Positions 21,282 to 32,396 are shown, counted from the stretch's first letter. The stretch is DNA of 64,000 bases from Nostoc sp. (GCA_036918135.1 JBALDB010000020.1:64001-128000), one strand, 5' to 3'. Notes: a model not told the origin generated them from the sequence alone. A program made the numbers and translations.

Positions 21282-22661
21282 TTAATCTTCAGTCTTCGAT
21301 GTATTGCTATTTGCTGCATGAAGAAGTGTTAAATCTGCTTTTAAAAAGTCGATAAACTGCCGTGCTGTGCGTCCAGAACGACCATTATGATGAGTTGCCC
21401 ACTGTAATGCTTGATACTCCAAATCTTCTTGGGTAATATTCATTTCAGCTTGTGCTGCTAGGTGGCGGACAATACTTAAGTAGGTTTTTTGATTGGCTGG
21501 TTCAAAAGTCAAGGTTAAACCAAAGCGATCGCTAAACGAAAGCTTCTCCTGCATCGTATCCCAAGCATGGATTTCATCGTTATCCTTGGGCGCTGGTCTA
21601 TCCACGAAAAACTCCCGAATCAAGTGACGACGATTAGAAGTAGCATATACAACTACATTTTGGGGTCTTGCAGTTAAATTACCTTCTAAAACTACCTTAA
21701 GTGCTTTAAAAGCATCATCATCTTCTTCAAATGAAAGGTCATCGACAAAAATAATAAATTTTTGTGACACTCCCCGTAAATATTCCACAATTTCTGGTAA
21801 ATCTTTTAAGTCAGATTTTGCAACTTCCAACAAACAAAGAGAGCGATCGCTATATTCATCTAACAAAGATTTCACTAAAGAAGATTTTCCCGAACCGCGA
21901 CTACCATAAAGTAATACATGCAGTGCTGCCTCTCCTGATAATAAAAACTCTGTATTTTTAAGCAAAGTATCTCGTTGAGACTCGTAACCTACAAGCGTGC
22001 TAAGTTTAACCGGATCGGGATATCGGATACCGATAAACTGTCCACCTTGCCAGCGGAAAGCACGATACTGGGCAAATAAACCAGAACCATATTGCCGATA
22101 ATAAGCTGCTAACTTCTCTACAGCATCACCCCAGTTATCTAACTCTTGGAGATATGCAGCAAATTTTATCTGTTTTCCTAACTTTTCTGATTCGTCATAC
22201 CACACTACTGGTGAAATTGGCATATGAGCAACAGTTTGTACCCACTCGCTCAAAGAAGCGCTGCTACATTCATAGAGACTTTGCAATATTTGTAAATCAT
22301 GCTGAACTGCTGCTACTAAAGCTGCGGGTATGTCCTCAAATTTCCGTTGTTGAGCAAGTTTTGTAAAGGGATTTTCACAAAAGAGAATTTGAGTAATTAT
22401 ATAATCTTCCCAGTTTTGATTTCTTGCAGCCAAAGCATAGAAATAACTGCCATAGGCTTGCAGACAACCGCGGGCATCGGCATCAATGTAACGTATAGCT
22501 TGCAATAGGTCAAGAAATGCTACCCCGACTTCGTCTTGGAGAACTGACTGGTACAGTAGAATTGACGCTGCTTGGCGTTGGAGATATTGAACTTTTGTAT
22601 GGGAGGAAGTACTTACCATTGGCATCGCTTGATTATTAATCAACTGAGTGATATAGCTCAA
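21282..22661 (-). CDS. DUF815 family AAA+ ATPase
   Basis: LLYGSRGSGKSS, FIIFVDDLSF, LKVVLEG, YATSNRRHL, SFSDRFGL, GRSGRTARQF. Confidence 0.9.
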   Translation of the reverse strand: MSYITQLINNQAMPMVSTSSHTKVQYLQRQAASILLYQSVLQDEVGVAFLDLLQAIRYIDADARGCLQAYGSYFYALAARNQNWEDYIITQILFCENPFTKLAQQRKFEDIPAALVAAVQHDLQILQSLYECSSASLSEWVQTVAHMPISPVVWYDESEKLGKQIKFAAYLQELDNWGDAVEKLAAYYRQYGSGLFAQYRAFRWQGGQFIGIRYPDPVKLSTLVGYESQRDTLLKNTEFLLSGEAALHVLLYGSRGSGKSSLVKSLLDEYSDRSLCLLEVAKSDLKDLPEIVEYLRGVSQKFIIFVDDLSFEEDDDAFKALKVVLEGNLTARPQNVVVYATSNRRHLIREFFVDRPAPKDNDEIHAWDTMQEKLSFSDRFGLTLTFEPANQKTYLSIVRHLAAQAEMNITQEDLEYQALQWATHHNGRSGRTARQFIDFLKADLTLLHAANSNTSKTED

Positions 22662-22723
22662 CAGCTATGGTAAATTGTCTGCTGACCATGGCAGCAAAAT
22701 CAAAATCTACATAGGTTTTAACA

Positions 22724-23044
22724 ATGAATTTAAGTATAATCGGTGCTTTTGCTTACGGCATATTGGCGATCGCTGGTGGCATCATTGGCTATATTCAAGC
22801 TAAAAGTCAGGTTTCGCTCCTCAGTGGCGGTATTAGCGGTTTATTACTAATTATTGCCGCTTATCTCCAACTCCAAGGACAAACTCTGGGTTTGATTTTT
22901 GCCGTGTTGATTACTGCTGTTTTAGTAGTATTCTTTATATTTAGACTAGCTAAAACGCGCAAGTTTATGCCTGCGGGATTGATGAGTGTTTTAGGTATAC
23001 TCACACTGGGTGTAATGGTGAATCAAATTGTCTCCATCAGGTAG
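22724..23044 (+). CDS. TMEM14 family small membrane protein
   Basis: YGILAIAGGIIGY..AKS..SL..G, KTRKFMPAG. Confidence 0.85.
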   Translation: MNLSIIGAFAYGILAIAGGIIGYIQAKSQVSLLSGGISGLLLIIAAYLQLQGQTLGLIFAVLITAVLVVFFIFRLAKTRKFMPAGLMSVLGILTLGVMVNQIVSIR

Positions 23045-23283
23045 CATCAACCTTGAAGTCCCTAACCATCCTGCTGTTTTTGACATAGCATTACTCTCCC
23101 TGCTTTGAGTCCTTGTATTAGTACATTTATATTACAAGAGACTTGCTATCCTTGCCTAATATCTTCGAGTACTCTCAATAGAATCAGGTGTTGACTGATG
23201 ACTTGAGTCAACAGTCATCAGTCATCAACTTCAAACGAGATAATTTATTTCTCAGAGTTCCCTAAGTTGACTCAATTGCGATA

Positions 23284-24546
23284 TTACTCGCTCTTGGCTG
23301 TGCGGCTAAAAACTCGGTAGTATAGCCAAGTGCTAGTTTCCTTCAAGGGAAATAACAAATAAGTGAGAGGATTGATTGTCACAACAATATTTCGGAAATC
23401 TCGCCTTGCCAAAAACAAGATCATACGAGCAACCTGCTGTGCAGACATTACTCCATAAGGGTTAAGTTGACTCTTAAAGGGGCCAAGAATTAACTTGCGA
23501 ATTATACAATTCCCATCCAAGCGCTTGAGCGTAACAATATCTCCTAGCGCTCGTTTGCTGAGTTCGTAAAGGGGACTCAGTGCTGGTGACACCTCAGCCT
23601 CAGAAGTGTTAACCCAAATTTCCTTAGTTGCTTTGGCTTGCGGCCCTGTAACAGTCGTCAAAAATATATCCATCAACCGCAATGCAGAAAAGGTATTCAC
23701 TTCATAGGAAGAGTTGATGGCCTCTGGTGTGCGGCTGGTGTAGACGTTGACTCCGTGGTTGATAATTAAAATATCGATTTTCTGTAAACTCTCTTTTAGC
23801 TCGACTTCATTGCCCAATTGCCAAGGAATCACTTTTACCCCATTTTGCTGCTCTAATTTTTCTGGGTTTGTGGTTAATGCCACGACTTTAGCATTACACT
23901 TGACAAGTTCAGCCGTTAATGCTTGCCCTAAAGCTCCTGATGCTCCAGTTAAAGCCACGGTTTTACCCTTGAGAGATAGTCCTGTTCCTAATATTTTATC
24001 GACCAAGGGAAAGACACCACTGTAATAAGCGTTGACATCATCAAAATGATGCCGCCAATGATAAGACCGATTCACCCACCAAAGGGATGGAATTGTCTCT
24101 AAAGGCCCAGGTAGGTGATTGTAGTCTGTGTCAATTTTTCCCTGAAAATATCGTACAGACGCGCCATATAAGAAGGTGCAAGCATAAGCTACTCCCAGCC
24201 ATAACCCTATTTGCGGGACAATTAAGGCAATTAACGTTAATACGACTACTAGTAAGCTTGATTCTAAAACGTCGTGATAAAGCTGGGATTCTTGGTAAAT
24301 TTTTAAAGAAACGATCGATAAATCCCGGCGATAGGCCATGTGGTGCTTGTTGTGCCATTTAGCCAGCCAATTGACTTGGTGACACAATGCATGATAGCTG
24401 TCTCTTAAAACTTCGGCGAGTAAAAGTGAGAAAAGCCCCCAACTAGCAAACTGCAAGCAGGTGTTTACTAAAACCCAATTTATCTGTAATCTAGCCCCAA
24501 TCTCAATTAAGCTCTCTGCGAACATTTTTATCATGTTTGTTAACAC
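23284..24546 (-). CDS. Bifunctional sterol desaturase-like / short-chain dehydrogenase
   Basis: His boxes YHALCH, HNKHH, HWRHH; then TGASGALG and YELSK. Confidence 0.85.
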   Translation of the reverse strand: MLTNMIKMFAESLIEIGARLQINWVLVNTCLQFASWGLFSLLLAEVLRDSYHALCHQVNWLAKWHNKHHMAYRRDLSIVSLKIYQESQLYHDVLESSLLVVVLTLIALIVPQIGLWLGVAYACTFLYGASVRYFQGKIDTDYNHLPGPLETIPSLWWVNRSYHWRHHFDDVNAYYSGVFPLVDKILGTGLSLKGKTVALTGASGALGQALTAELVKCNAKVVALTTNPEKLEQQNGVKVIPWQLGNEVELKESLQKIDILIINHGVNVYTSRTPEAINSSYEVNTFSALRLMDIFLTTVTGPQAKATKEIWVNTSEAEVSPALSPLYELSKRALGDIVTLKRLDGNCIIRKLILGPFKSQLNPYGVMSAQQVARMILFLARRDFRNIVVTINPLTYLLFPLKETSTWLYYRVFSRTAKSE

Positions 24547-24780
24547 TCGTTTTTCTTAATTATTCTTCACGAACCGACAAAGAAGGATTAAGGTCGAGTC
24601 TAGAGCAAACAAAAGTCAAAGGGAATAGGGGAGTGTGGGGAGTGGGAAGAGATTATAAAAAAGCTTCCCATCCTTCCCACCCCTCCTACCCCTGCCAATG
24701 CCCTATTGCCTGTGTAACTTGGAACGAATTAAATAATATTTGCCTCTTGATTAATAGCCTTTAACTGTCACCATTGATTC

Positions 24781-26127
24781 ATGACTCCAGTAGATATTCT
24801 CATTCTCTCCAACGGCCCAGGGGAAGTAAGCACCTGGGTGCGTCCAGTAGTGAAGGCATTGCGGCAAGAATTAGGGGATGACCGCTCTGTTGTGAGGATT
24901 TCTGTAGTTTTATCTCCCTGTCCTAATGCTACTGGTAAAGAAGCTGCGATCGCTCTTTCTTACCCAGAAGTAGACAGAGTTCAGTCAGCAGACCATTTTT
25001 GGCAATTTTTGCTTTGGGGCAAAACATTTGACAATTGGGAGTGGAGAAGTTGCGGTGTAGTCGTTTTCCTCGGTGGCGACCAAATTTTCCCTGTAGTCAT
25101 TGGCAAAAGATTAGGATATCGCACAGTTGTTTACGCTGAATGGGAAGCCCGATGGCATAACTCGATTGACCGCTTTGCAGTTATGAAACCTCAAGTTGCT
25201 GCCCGTGTTGCCCAAAAATATGCCCACAAATTCACTGTTGTGGGAGATTTGATGTTAGAAGCTAGTAGTCATTCGTCATTAGTCATTGGTCAAGAGTTAT
25301 TAACAAATGACAAAGCGCAAAGTCTCAGCCAAGGCTTCCTTGCATCAGAACTTGGCACCAGAGGACAAATGACAAATGACCAAGGACAAATAACTGACTT
25401 AATTGGTCTGTTACCAGGTTCAAAAGCGGCAAAATTAACCCAAGGAATACCTATAATGTTGGCTATTGCCGAACACATTCACGCCAACAGACCCGAAACC
25501 AAATTTGTAATTCCTGTGGCTCCAACGGTAGATTTACAAACCTTAGCTAGTTTTGGCGATTCCCAAAAAAACCCTTTTGTAGAAACTTTTGGTATTAGCA
25601 GTGTTTCCTTAATCATTCCAGAGGACGGAAAAAGTAAGGCATTATTTAAAACACAGACAGGTCTAACTGTAGAATTATGCCAAGAAAACCCTGCCTATGA
25701 CTTATTATCCCAGTGCTGCATCTGCCTGACTACAGTGGGAGCAAATACCGCTGAACTCGGTGCTTTAGGGGTGCCGATGATTGTTTTGCTACCTACCCAA
25801 CAATTAGATGCGATGCGCTCTTGGGATGGTTTACCAGGTTTATTGGCGAATTTACCAGGGGTAGGTTCCACCTTTGCTAAAGTGATTAACTGGCTATTCC
25901 TGAGACGCAAAGGTTTATTAGCATGGCCGAATATTTGGGCACAATCAGAAATCGTGCCAGAACTTGTAGGCAAACTCCAGCCAAAAGAAGTTGGAGAAAT
26001 GGTATTAGATTTTTTGGCTCATCCAGAAAAATTGGACGAGATTCGAGTTAAGCTACGTCGGGTTCGTGGCGAAAGCGGAGCAGCCCAGAAGATAGCAAAG
26101 ATTATTGCTGAGGAAATTGGCAACTAA
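24781..26127 (+). CDS. Lipid-A-disaccharide synthase (LpxB)-related glycosyltransferase
   Basis: SNGPGE, VVGDLM, IGLLPGSK, TTVGANTAEL, LAWPN; carries a repeat-derived in-frame insertion. Confidence 0.82.
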   Translation: MTPVDILILSNGPGEVSTWVRPVVKALRQELGDDRSVVRISVVLSPCPNATGKEAAIALSYPEVDRVQSADHFWQFLLWGKTFDNWEWRSCGVVVFLGGDQIFPVVIGKRLGYRTVVYAEWEARWHNSIDRFAVMKPQVAARVAQKYAHKFTVVGDLMLEASSHSSLVIGQELLTNDKAQSLSQGFLASELGTRGQMTNDQGQITDLIGLLPGSKAAKLTQGIPIMLAIAEHIHANRPETKFVIPVAPTVDLQTLASFGDSQKNPFVETFGISSVSLIIPEDGKSKALFKTQTGLTVELCQENPAYDLLSQCCICLTTVGANTAELGALGVPMIVLLPTQQLDAMRSWDGLPGLLANLPGVGSTFAKVINWLFLRRKGLLAWPNIWAQSEIVPELVGKLQPKEVGEMVLDFLAHPEKLDEIRVKLRRVRGESGAAQKIAKIIAEEIGN

Positions 26128-26155
26128 GAAAAGATGGGGTCTCATCCTCTCTTAC

Positions 26156-26542
26156 TTAATCCAAAGACCCGCCATTGCGTCTTCCCAGTTCAAAAATGCC
26201 ACAACTAATACAAGCGAGTATACCTAAGCTGATTCCCCAGCTACGTCCTAAACTGATTTCTACACCCCAATTAAATAAAGCGCCAACTACCAAGAAAGGT
26301 ATAATACTAAACAGTGAGGCGTAAAAAGCGTTTTGGGATTCTCTAGCTTTACGAGTCTTTTCAAATTCTGACTGGCTGGTATAAAGCGATCGCTCTGCAA
26401 AGTTAAACCAGCGGTTGAGTTGCTCGATAACCCATTCACTGGTTTTGGAAAAACCTAGATATAACGCCAATGACCACAAACTCGCTCCAGCGATGGCGAT
26501 TGTGTCTAATTCAAAGCGGAAAGGTAAAATTTCAGTCAACAT
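26156..26542 (-). CDS. Hypothetical membrane protein downstream of aroG
   Basis: Likely start MLTEILPF (ATG 26542); three hydrophobic segments; position matches the hypothetical gene ending the N. punctiforme scy cluster (positional inference only). Confidence 0.7.
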   Translation of the reverse strand: MLTEILPFRFELDTIAIAGASLWSLALYLGFSKTSEWVIEQLNRWFNFAERSLYTSQSEFEKTRKARESQNAFYASLFSIIPFLVVGALFNWGVEISLGRSWGISLGILACISCGIFELGRRNGGSLD

Positions 26543-27081
26543 GTCTTGGGGGAGTCCTGCAAGGGTCAAGTTTAGCTTTTAGTAGATGCTAAATAAACCT
26601 CTTGTGCAATTTTAAGCATAAACGCTAACAATATTTCAACTGCTTTGCAACCTCTTACTGCTAAGCCTACTCCAGCTTTGTCAACTACCTTAGTGCATAA
26701 TTTTATAGTTTAAGATGACAAATAAATATCCCACTGTCAAGAGTCATCAGGAGCCAGTGCGTTGCATATTTTCTAAGAGTTGTTCGCGCAGGGTCTTAGT
26801 CAGGAAAAGCAACCGGCTCTCAACAGTCATCAACTTCAAACAGGATAATTTAAGACTGCTATATGCATTGATTCCAGACTAGTAACAAAAAGGATTATTT
26901 AACTTACTAATTATTTTGACTTAGAGAATTCTCAAATCTAAACTTTTCGGAAATAGTATGGGAAGTTGCTGATTAAAAATATGAAAGAACTTTACGCTTT
27001 TAAGAAAAACTAGCTGAGAGCTTTATCTCAATAAGTTTTTGTAATCGTTCACATTCAAAATCAGCAACACGAAAAATCAGT

Positions 27082-27212
27082 TAAGTAGAACGGTGTAAAG
27101 AAACCGAAGTATGTGACCAAAAGTAAAGTTACTTAAAAACCTCTTTCCTTCTGCCCTCTGCCTTCTACCTCCTGCCTTGTGATAACGACAATTTTTAACA
27201 CCGACCTACTTA
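27082..27212. repeat. Miniature inverted-repeat element, family C
   Basis: TAAGTAGAACGGTGTAAA ... TTAACACCGACCTACTTA terminal inverted repeats; internal CTGCCTT/CTGCCCT heptamers. Confidence 0.75.
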
Positions 27213-27215
27213 GGA

Positions 27216-28328
27216 TTACGGTCTATCAGCTTTGACAGTTGTGGTGGTCAATAGAAGATGTCTTTCACCAAGACTATCAAATGCAGGTGTTGGCCAGCGA
27301 TCGACTACTTTACCTATAACTGACATTTCTTGAACCAAGCGGTCAAACTTTTCAGGTGTTAGAGACTGCGGCCCATCGGATAAAGCCTTAGCTGGATTGG
27401 GGTGAACTTCAATCATTAAGGCATCTGTACCAGCAGCGATCGCAGCCATTGCCATTGATGGAACGTACTCTGACCTACCTGTACCATGACTGGGATCGAT
27501 CATAATTGGTAAATGGGTGAGCGATCGCAACACCGGAAGCACCGATAAATCTAAAGTATTACGGGCATATTTGCTATCAAAGGTTCTAATTCCCCGTTCA
27601 CAAAAAATTACATTTGGATTTCCTGATGCCAAAATATATTCTGCTGCCATCAGCCATTCCTCGATTGTGGCAGACATTCCTCGCTTCAGCAGCACTGGCT
27701 TATCTTGAGCGCCTACTTTTTTGAGCAGCGAGAAATTGTGCATATTCCTAGCTCCGATTTGGATTATGTCAGCTACCCGCGCCACTGCTGGTAAATCCGC
27801 AGCATCCATGAGTTCTGTAATAATGCCCAAACCCGTAGCTTCACGAGCTGCTGCTAACAAATCTAAAGCGCTTTCACCATAACCCTGAAAAGCATAAGGT
27901 GAAGTGCGGGGTTTGTATGCTCCACCACGCAAAAACTTTGCTCCTGCTGCCTTCACACGCTTTGCTGTCTCAACAATCATCGCTTCATTTTCAACAGAAC
28001 AAGGCCCAGCTACGACTACGATGGGATGATGTTCTCCGAAATAGACATGACCGTTAGGTGTAGGTACAACAATCTCGCTGGCTTCTCCATGTCGGAATTC
28101 TCGGCTAACCCGCTTGAAAGGTTGTTGCACCCGTAATACTTGCTCAATCCAAGGGCTGAACTCTTGGACTTGCAATTTATCGATGATAGAAGTATCACCA
28201 ATTAGCCCCAGCACCACTTTATGAGTGCCGATGCTTTTTTCTACGGTGACTTTCCAAACCTCGCTCAGTTCTTGGCTGATGCGAGTAATTTCTTCAATGG
28301 GTGTAGCATTTTTCAGTACTATAATCAT
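27216..28328 (-). CDS. aroG: DAHP synthase (class I-beta), scytonemin cluster copy
   Basis: AGPCSVE, RGGAYKPRTSPY, QIGARNM, LKRG, CERGIR, DPSHGTG. Confidence 0.93.
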   Translation of the reverse strand: MIIVLKNATPIEEITRISQELSEVWKVTVEKSIGTHKVVLGLIGDTSIIDKLQVQEFSPWIEQVLRVQQPFKRVSREFRHGEASEIVVPTPNGHVYFGEHHPIVVVAGPCSVENEAMIVETAKRVKAAGAKFLRGGAYKPRTSPYAFQGYGESALDLLAAAREATGLGIITELMDAADLPAVARVADIIQIGARNMHNFSLLKKVGAQDKPVLLKRGMSATIEEWLMAAEYILASGNPNVIFCERGIRTFDSKYARNTLDLSVLPVLRSLTHLPIMIDPSHGTGRSEYVPSMAMAAIAAGTDALMIEVHPNPAKALSDGPQSLTPEKFDRLVQEMSVIGKVVDRWPTPAFDSLGERHLLLTTTTVKADRP

Positions 28329-28615
28329 CTGTTTTTCCTTCGGTATAATTTTGGATGAACATCACGACTCCTCTCCAAACCTTTAAGAGGATGTTTGAAA
28401 AGTCGTTTTATTGGTAGTAAGTAGGTCGGTAACTGTTCACTGTTCACTGTTGACCGTTGACTGTGAACAGTGGAATATTTTTTATTTGTTAGTCCCTTAA
28501 AAGTGCAGGTCAATGCATTAAGAGTGTAGGTCGATGCATTCAAAGTGCAGGTCAAGAGAATTGTGTGTAAACTGTAGGTTATGAAGCAAAGGGAAGCTAG
28601 ATGAGAGAGATTTGT

Positions 28616-29737
28616 CTAGCGTAGAAATTGTGCAAGTTGTTCTAGCTTTGTCCAAGCAGCACCGCTTTGGAGAATTTCTTTTGCAAGGGCAATACCTTTG
28701 ACATAACCTGTCAAAACATCAGTTTCTCCATCAATAGCTTTGCCTACTTGTAGTGCTAGGGCTGTATTTAAAGCAACTACATCTTGTTGTGCTTGAGTGC
28801 CTTTACCTTGCAGAACTGCCTTCAAGATTTCGGCATTTTGTTGGACATCTCCACCGTGCAACGCCGCAGTTGGTGCAAAATTCAAACCAAGTTCTTGAGG
28901 ATTGAGTGTTAAGCAATACATTTCCTTATCTTGGAGTATAGCCAAGTCAGTAACATCTGCCAAACCAGCCTCATCTAAACGTTCTCGTCCGTGGAGAGCG
29001 ATCGCTTGCTGACATCCCAATTGGGATAAAGCTTGAACAATCTCTTCAAGTAAAAGCGGGTCGTTGACACCAATAATTTGCCCTGTCGGTCGCATCGGAT
29101 TTACTAACGGGCCGAGCAAGTTAAAAATAGTCCGCACTTTCAAAGTTTGTCGCAAAGTGGCAACCGCCTTGAGTGCAGGATGCCATCCTGGGGCAAACAA
29201 AAAGGTGATTCCCACCTCACCCACCGCCGCTTGTACTTTTTCCTGAGTGGCATTGAGATTTATACCCAAAGCTTCCAAGACATCAGCAGAACCAGCCTTG
29301 CTAGATGCGGAACGATTGCCATGCTTAGCAACTTTTACCCCTGCGGCTGCGGCAACAAAAGCAACAGCAGTAGAAATATTAAAAGTTGAAGCACCATCTC
29401 CACCAGTTCCACAGGTGTCAATTAAAGGAGTTGGGGATTGAGTACTCGGTACTGGGGACTGGGAAAACTCTTGCCCAGTTTCTAGCCTTTGGGATTGCAA
29501 AACGCTGGCCATGCCTACTAATTCTTCGGCAGATACGCCTTTAGCTTGAATCGCAGCTAAAATTGCTCCTGATAGTACCTGGGGAATGGCATTTACTAGC
29601 CAACCTTGCATCAGATCCGCAGCTTGGGAAACCGTCAGCGATTGCCGATTTAGCAACTGTTGCAATAAAGCTGGCCAGTTGTAGAACTCAGAACCGATGG
29701 AGATGTTATCAGGTGGAATTTGAGTTAGAGCTATCAT
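28616..29737 (-). CDS. trpD: Anthranilate phosphoribosyltransferase
   Basis: [44 protein letters not shown]. Confidence 0.96.
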   Translation of the reverse strand: MIALTQIPPDNISIGSEFYNWPALLQQLLNRQSLTVSQAADLMQGWLVNAIPQVLSGAILAAIQAKGVSAEELVGMASVLQSQRLETGQEFSQSPVPSTQSPTPLIDTCGTGGDGASTFNISTAVAFVAAAAGVKVAKHGNRSASSKAGSADVLEALGINLNATQEKVQAAVGEVGITFLFAPGWHPALKAVATLRQTLKVRTIFNLLGPLVNPMRPTGQIIGVNDPLLLEEIVQALSQLGCQQAIALHGRERLDEAGLADVTDLAILQDKEMYCLTLNPQELGLNFAPTAALHGGDVQQNAEILKAVLQGKGTQAQQDVVALNTALALQVGKAIDGETDVLTGYVKGIALAKEILQSGAAWTKLEQLAQFLR

Positions 29738-29797
29738 ATTGGTTATTGGTCATTGTTCATTTGTCATTTGTCATTAGTAAAGGACAAGAACAGAAAA

Positions 29798-31039
29798 TTA
29801 AGCAATAAGGACTTTGGCGACGGTTTGCACATCTTTGTCACCTCTACCAGAGCAATTGATGACGATGTGGGGACTGCCTTCTAACTGAGGACAAAGAAAT
29901 TCTAGATAAGCGATCGCATGAGCTGTTTCTAAAGCCGGGATAATTCCTTCTAGTTGCGAAAGTCTCTGAAAAGCTTCTAAGGCTTGCTTATCGGTAACGC
30001 TGTAATATTCAGCGCGACCACGATCCTTTAAATAACTATGCTCAGGCCCGACACCGGGATAATCCAGTCCGGCACTAATCGAATGCGCTTCGATTACTTG
30101 CCCATCATCATCTTGCAGTAGATAACTCATCGCACCGTGCAATACACCTATTTTTCCTTTTGTCAAGGTAGCAGCGTGTTTTTCTGTATCTACACCTTCA
30201 CCAGCCGCCTCTACTCCAACTAGGCGCACAGTTGGTTCATTAACAAACTCATAGAACAAGCCGATTGCATTGGAACCTCCACCCACACAAGCCAGTAAAA
30301 TATCTGGTAGCCCTCCCCATTTTTCCTGGCATTGAGCGCGAGTTTCTACCCCAATTACAGCATGGAAGTCACGTACAATCATCGGGTAGGGATGCGGGCC
30401 TGCAACAGAACCCAGGATGTAATGGGTTGTTTCTACGTTTGTCACCCAATCCCGAATTGCCTCGGAAGTTGCATCCTTGAGGGTTCCCGTTCCTGCTTCC
30501 ACTGGGCGCACTTCTGCCCCCATCAACTTCATCCGAAACACGTTGAGGGCTTGGCGTTCCATATCTTGGACGCCCATGTAAATCACGCATTTCAAACCAA
30601 ACCTCGCGCATACAGTTGCAGTTGCAACTCCGTGCTGACCCGCACCTGTTTCTGCGATAATCCGTTGCTTGCCCATGCGTTTAGCGAGTAAAACTTGAGC
30701 CAAAGCATTATTGATTTTGTGAGCGCCTGTATGATTTAAATCTTCACGCTTTAAATAGATTTGCGGCCCCGTGCCATCTGGTCTAGCGTAGTTTGTTGTC
30801 AGGCGTTCAGCAAAATATAATGGGCTGGGTCGTCCTACATAATCACGCATTAAGTTTTGCAATTCTGCTTGGAAACTCGGCTCATTGCAATATTGATGAT
30901 ATGCGGTTTCTAACTCACTTAATGCAGGCATTAAGGTTTCGGGGACATACTTACCACCGAATTGTCCAAACCTGCCTAAAAGGTCAGGTAGCACTGTCAT
31001 AGGTGAAATCGTAGTGTTGATATCTTGTGTGCTTACCAT
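29798..31039 (-). CDS. trpB: Tryptophan synthase beta chain
   Basis: [51 protein letters not shown]. Confidence 0.97.
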   Translation of the reverse strand: MVSTQDINTTISPMTVLPDLLGRFGQFGGKYVPETLMPALSELETAYHQYCNEPSFQAELQNLMRDYVGRPSPLYFAERLTTNYARPDGTGPQIYLKREDLNHTGAHKINNALAQVLLAKRMGKQRIIAETGAGQHGVATATVCARFGLKCVIYMGVQDMERQALNVFRMKLMGAEVRPVEAGTGTLKDATSEAIRDWVTNVETTHYILGSVAGPHPYPMIVRDFHAVIGVETRAQCQEKWGGLPDILLACVGGGSNAIGLFYEFVNEPTVRLVGVEAAGEGVDTEKHAATLTKGKIGVLHGAMSYLLQDDDGQVIEAHSISAGLDYPGVGPEHSYLKDRGRAEYYSVTDKQALEAFQRLSQLEGIIPALETAHAIAYLEFLCPQLEGSPHIVINCSGRGDKDVQTVAKVLIA

Positions 31040-31078
31040 AGTCGAAAATCCTTTGATTTCAAGTTTTTTACTTTCGTT

Positions 31079-32308
31079 CTAACTTTTTTGCTTTTGATTT
31101 TTAGAGGTTTCGTAGGTATAGCCGAGTTTTCTGTAATTCAAAACGTCTATAGGCCGCACCAAATCGTCAGAGTCAAATTTTGGTAATAGGGGTACTAAAT
31201 TTCCTAACGCCGTAGCTTTGGGTGTAGACATACCACCGTCCCAAGGCCACATTAGGTCTTTAAGATTGTGCCCATAAGGTTGACCGTTAGCAGGATAAAA
31301 ATTGCTACCTTGATGACCGTTGTCTTGCCATTCAGCCCAGAGGCGATCTACATTGGCATGATGCAACCAAAACACAGGGTCATAAGGCGAACTCGGTATA
31401 TTGCCCATCGTACCCAGACCCTTAAAGGTTATGGGTGTGGTACTCGCGTCTATCTGCACGCCACCGACTAAGCCATGAATGTAGTTGTGTAGGAATCCTC
31501 CGGGCGTGACTTTACCTTGCTCATCTACAGAGATAAATCCTTCTAAAGCAGGGCGAAATAGAGAATAGTTATTAAGAGTAAGGACACGCTGAATATCTTT
31601 TTTGGGCACAGGATAATCGCTGGCAGGAGGTACTCGCAGAAAGCGTACAAGTGATGTGCCTAAGGATGTTCCGGTATCTGGGTCAATGTTTAATCCTGTA
31701 TTCATAACCCAGCCATTTGCCGCAGCAAAAGCCCCAGACTGTACAGGGCCGCCTGTAAAGTTTCCCTGGTTTGGAATTTTAATGGTTACTCCTTGACCGT
31801 TAGAACCAAGAAAGTCATCGTTAAAAATCACATCGAGTGCTTTAGCGTCAGTCCAATCCCAGTAGGGGAGACTAACAGTTGGATCTACTGCTTGCAGGGC
31901 TTGTTCAAATCTGCGGATATATTCTCGATGCCAAGGGAAAAATGCGGCATTTTCATGAGCAAGTTCTTGAACGGAACCATTAGAATGCCCTTTATGGTTA
32001 TGAATCAAGCGTGTTGCCCCTAGATGTATGGCAACGAATTGGTCGTAAATACTGATTTTGCTACCTGCGGGAATTATCGTTTTTAAGGTTTTGATAGCCT
32101 TGACTAAGGCTATTTTCTCTGCTGGTGTCAGGTCATTTACGTTCTTTCTTACAGTTAGGTAACCCTGTTGTCCTGGTAAATTGTAATTCCAATGGTATTT
32201 GTATTGTCCGTGGTCAGTGCGATCGTGGGCGAAGACTGTAAGCGCACAGGTGCTAACTAGAAGTAAGCTATAAATTAATATTTTGACAGATTTCAGCAGA
32301 AGTTTCAT
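31079..32308 (-). CDS. tyrP: Tyrosinase (type-3 copper) with signal peptide
   Basis: CuA AH.NAAFFPWHR; CuB LHNYIHGLVGG and DPVFWLHHANVDRLW; N-terminal Sec-like signal; between trpA and trpB as in scy clusters. Confidence 0.9.
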   Translation of the reverse strand: MKLLLKSVKILIYSLLLVSTCALTVFAHDRTDHGQYKYHWNYNLPGQQGYLTVRKNVNDLTPAEKIALVKAIKTLKTIIPAGSKISIYDQFVAIHLGATRLIHNHKGHSNGSVQELAHENAAFFPWHREYIRRFEQALQAVDPTVSLPYWDWTDAKALDVIFNDDFLGSNGQGVTIKIPNQGNFTGGPVQSGAFAAANGWVMNTGLNIDPDTGTSLGTSLVRFLRVPPASDYPVPKKDIQRVLTLNNYSLFRPALEGFISVDEQGKVTPGGFLHNYIHGLVGGVQIDASTTPITFKGLGTMGNIPSSPYDPVFWLHHANVDRLWAEWQDNGHQGSNFYPANGQPYGHNLKDLMWPWDGGMSTPKATALGNLVPLLPKFDSDDLVRPIDVLNYRKLGYTYETSKNQKQKS

Positions 32309-32396
32309 TCTCTTAATGGAAGCAGGGGGCAGGGGGGCAGACGGGAGAAAGAGAAATTAATCCCCTATTCCCTATTTACTAAGTCTGCGGGTGAAT

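Noticed and set aside
24537..24764. 75-aa ORF upstream of the LpxB-like gene
   Set aside because: Composed of GGGGAGT/CCCATCC-type short repeats in a divergent promoter gap
28325..28555. 76-aa ORF between trpD and aroG
   Set aside because: Built from a 21-bp repeat and a family B element (STVHSQRSTVNSEQ is heptamer translation)
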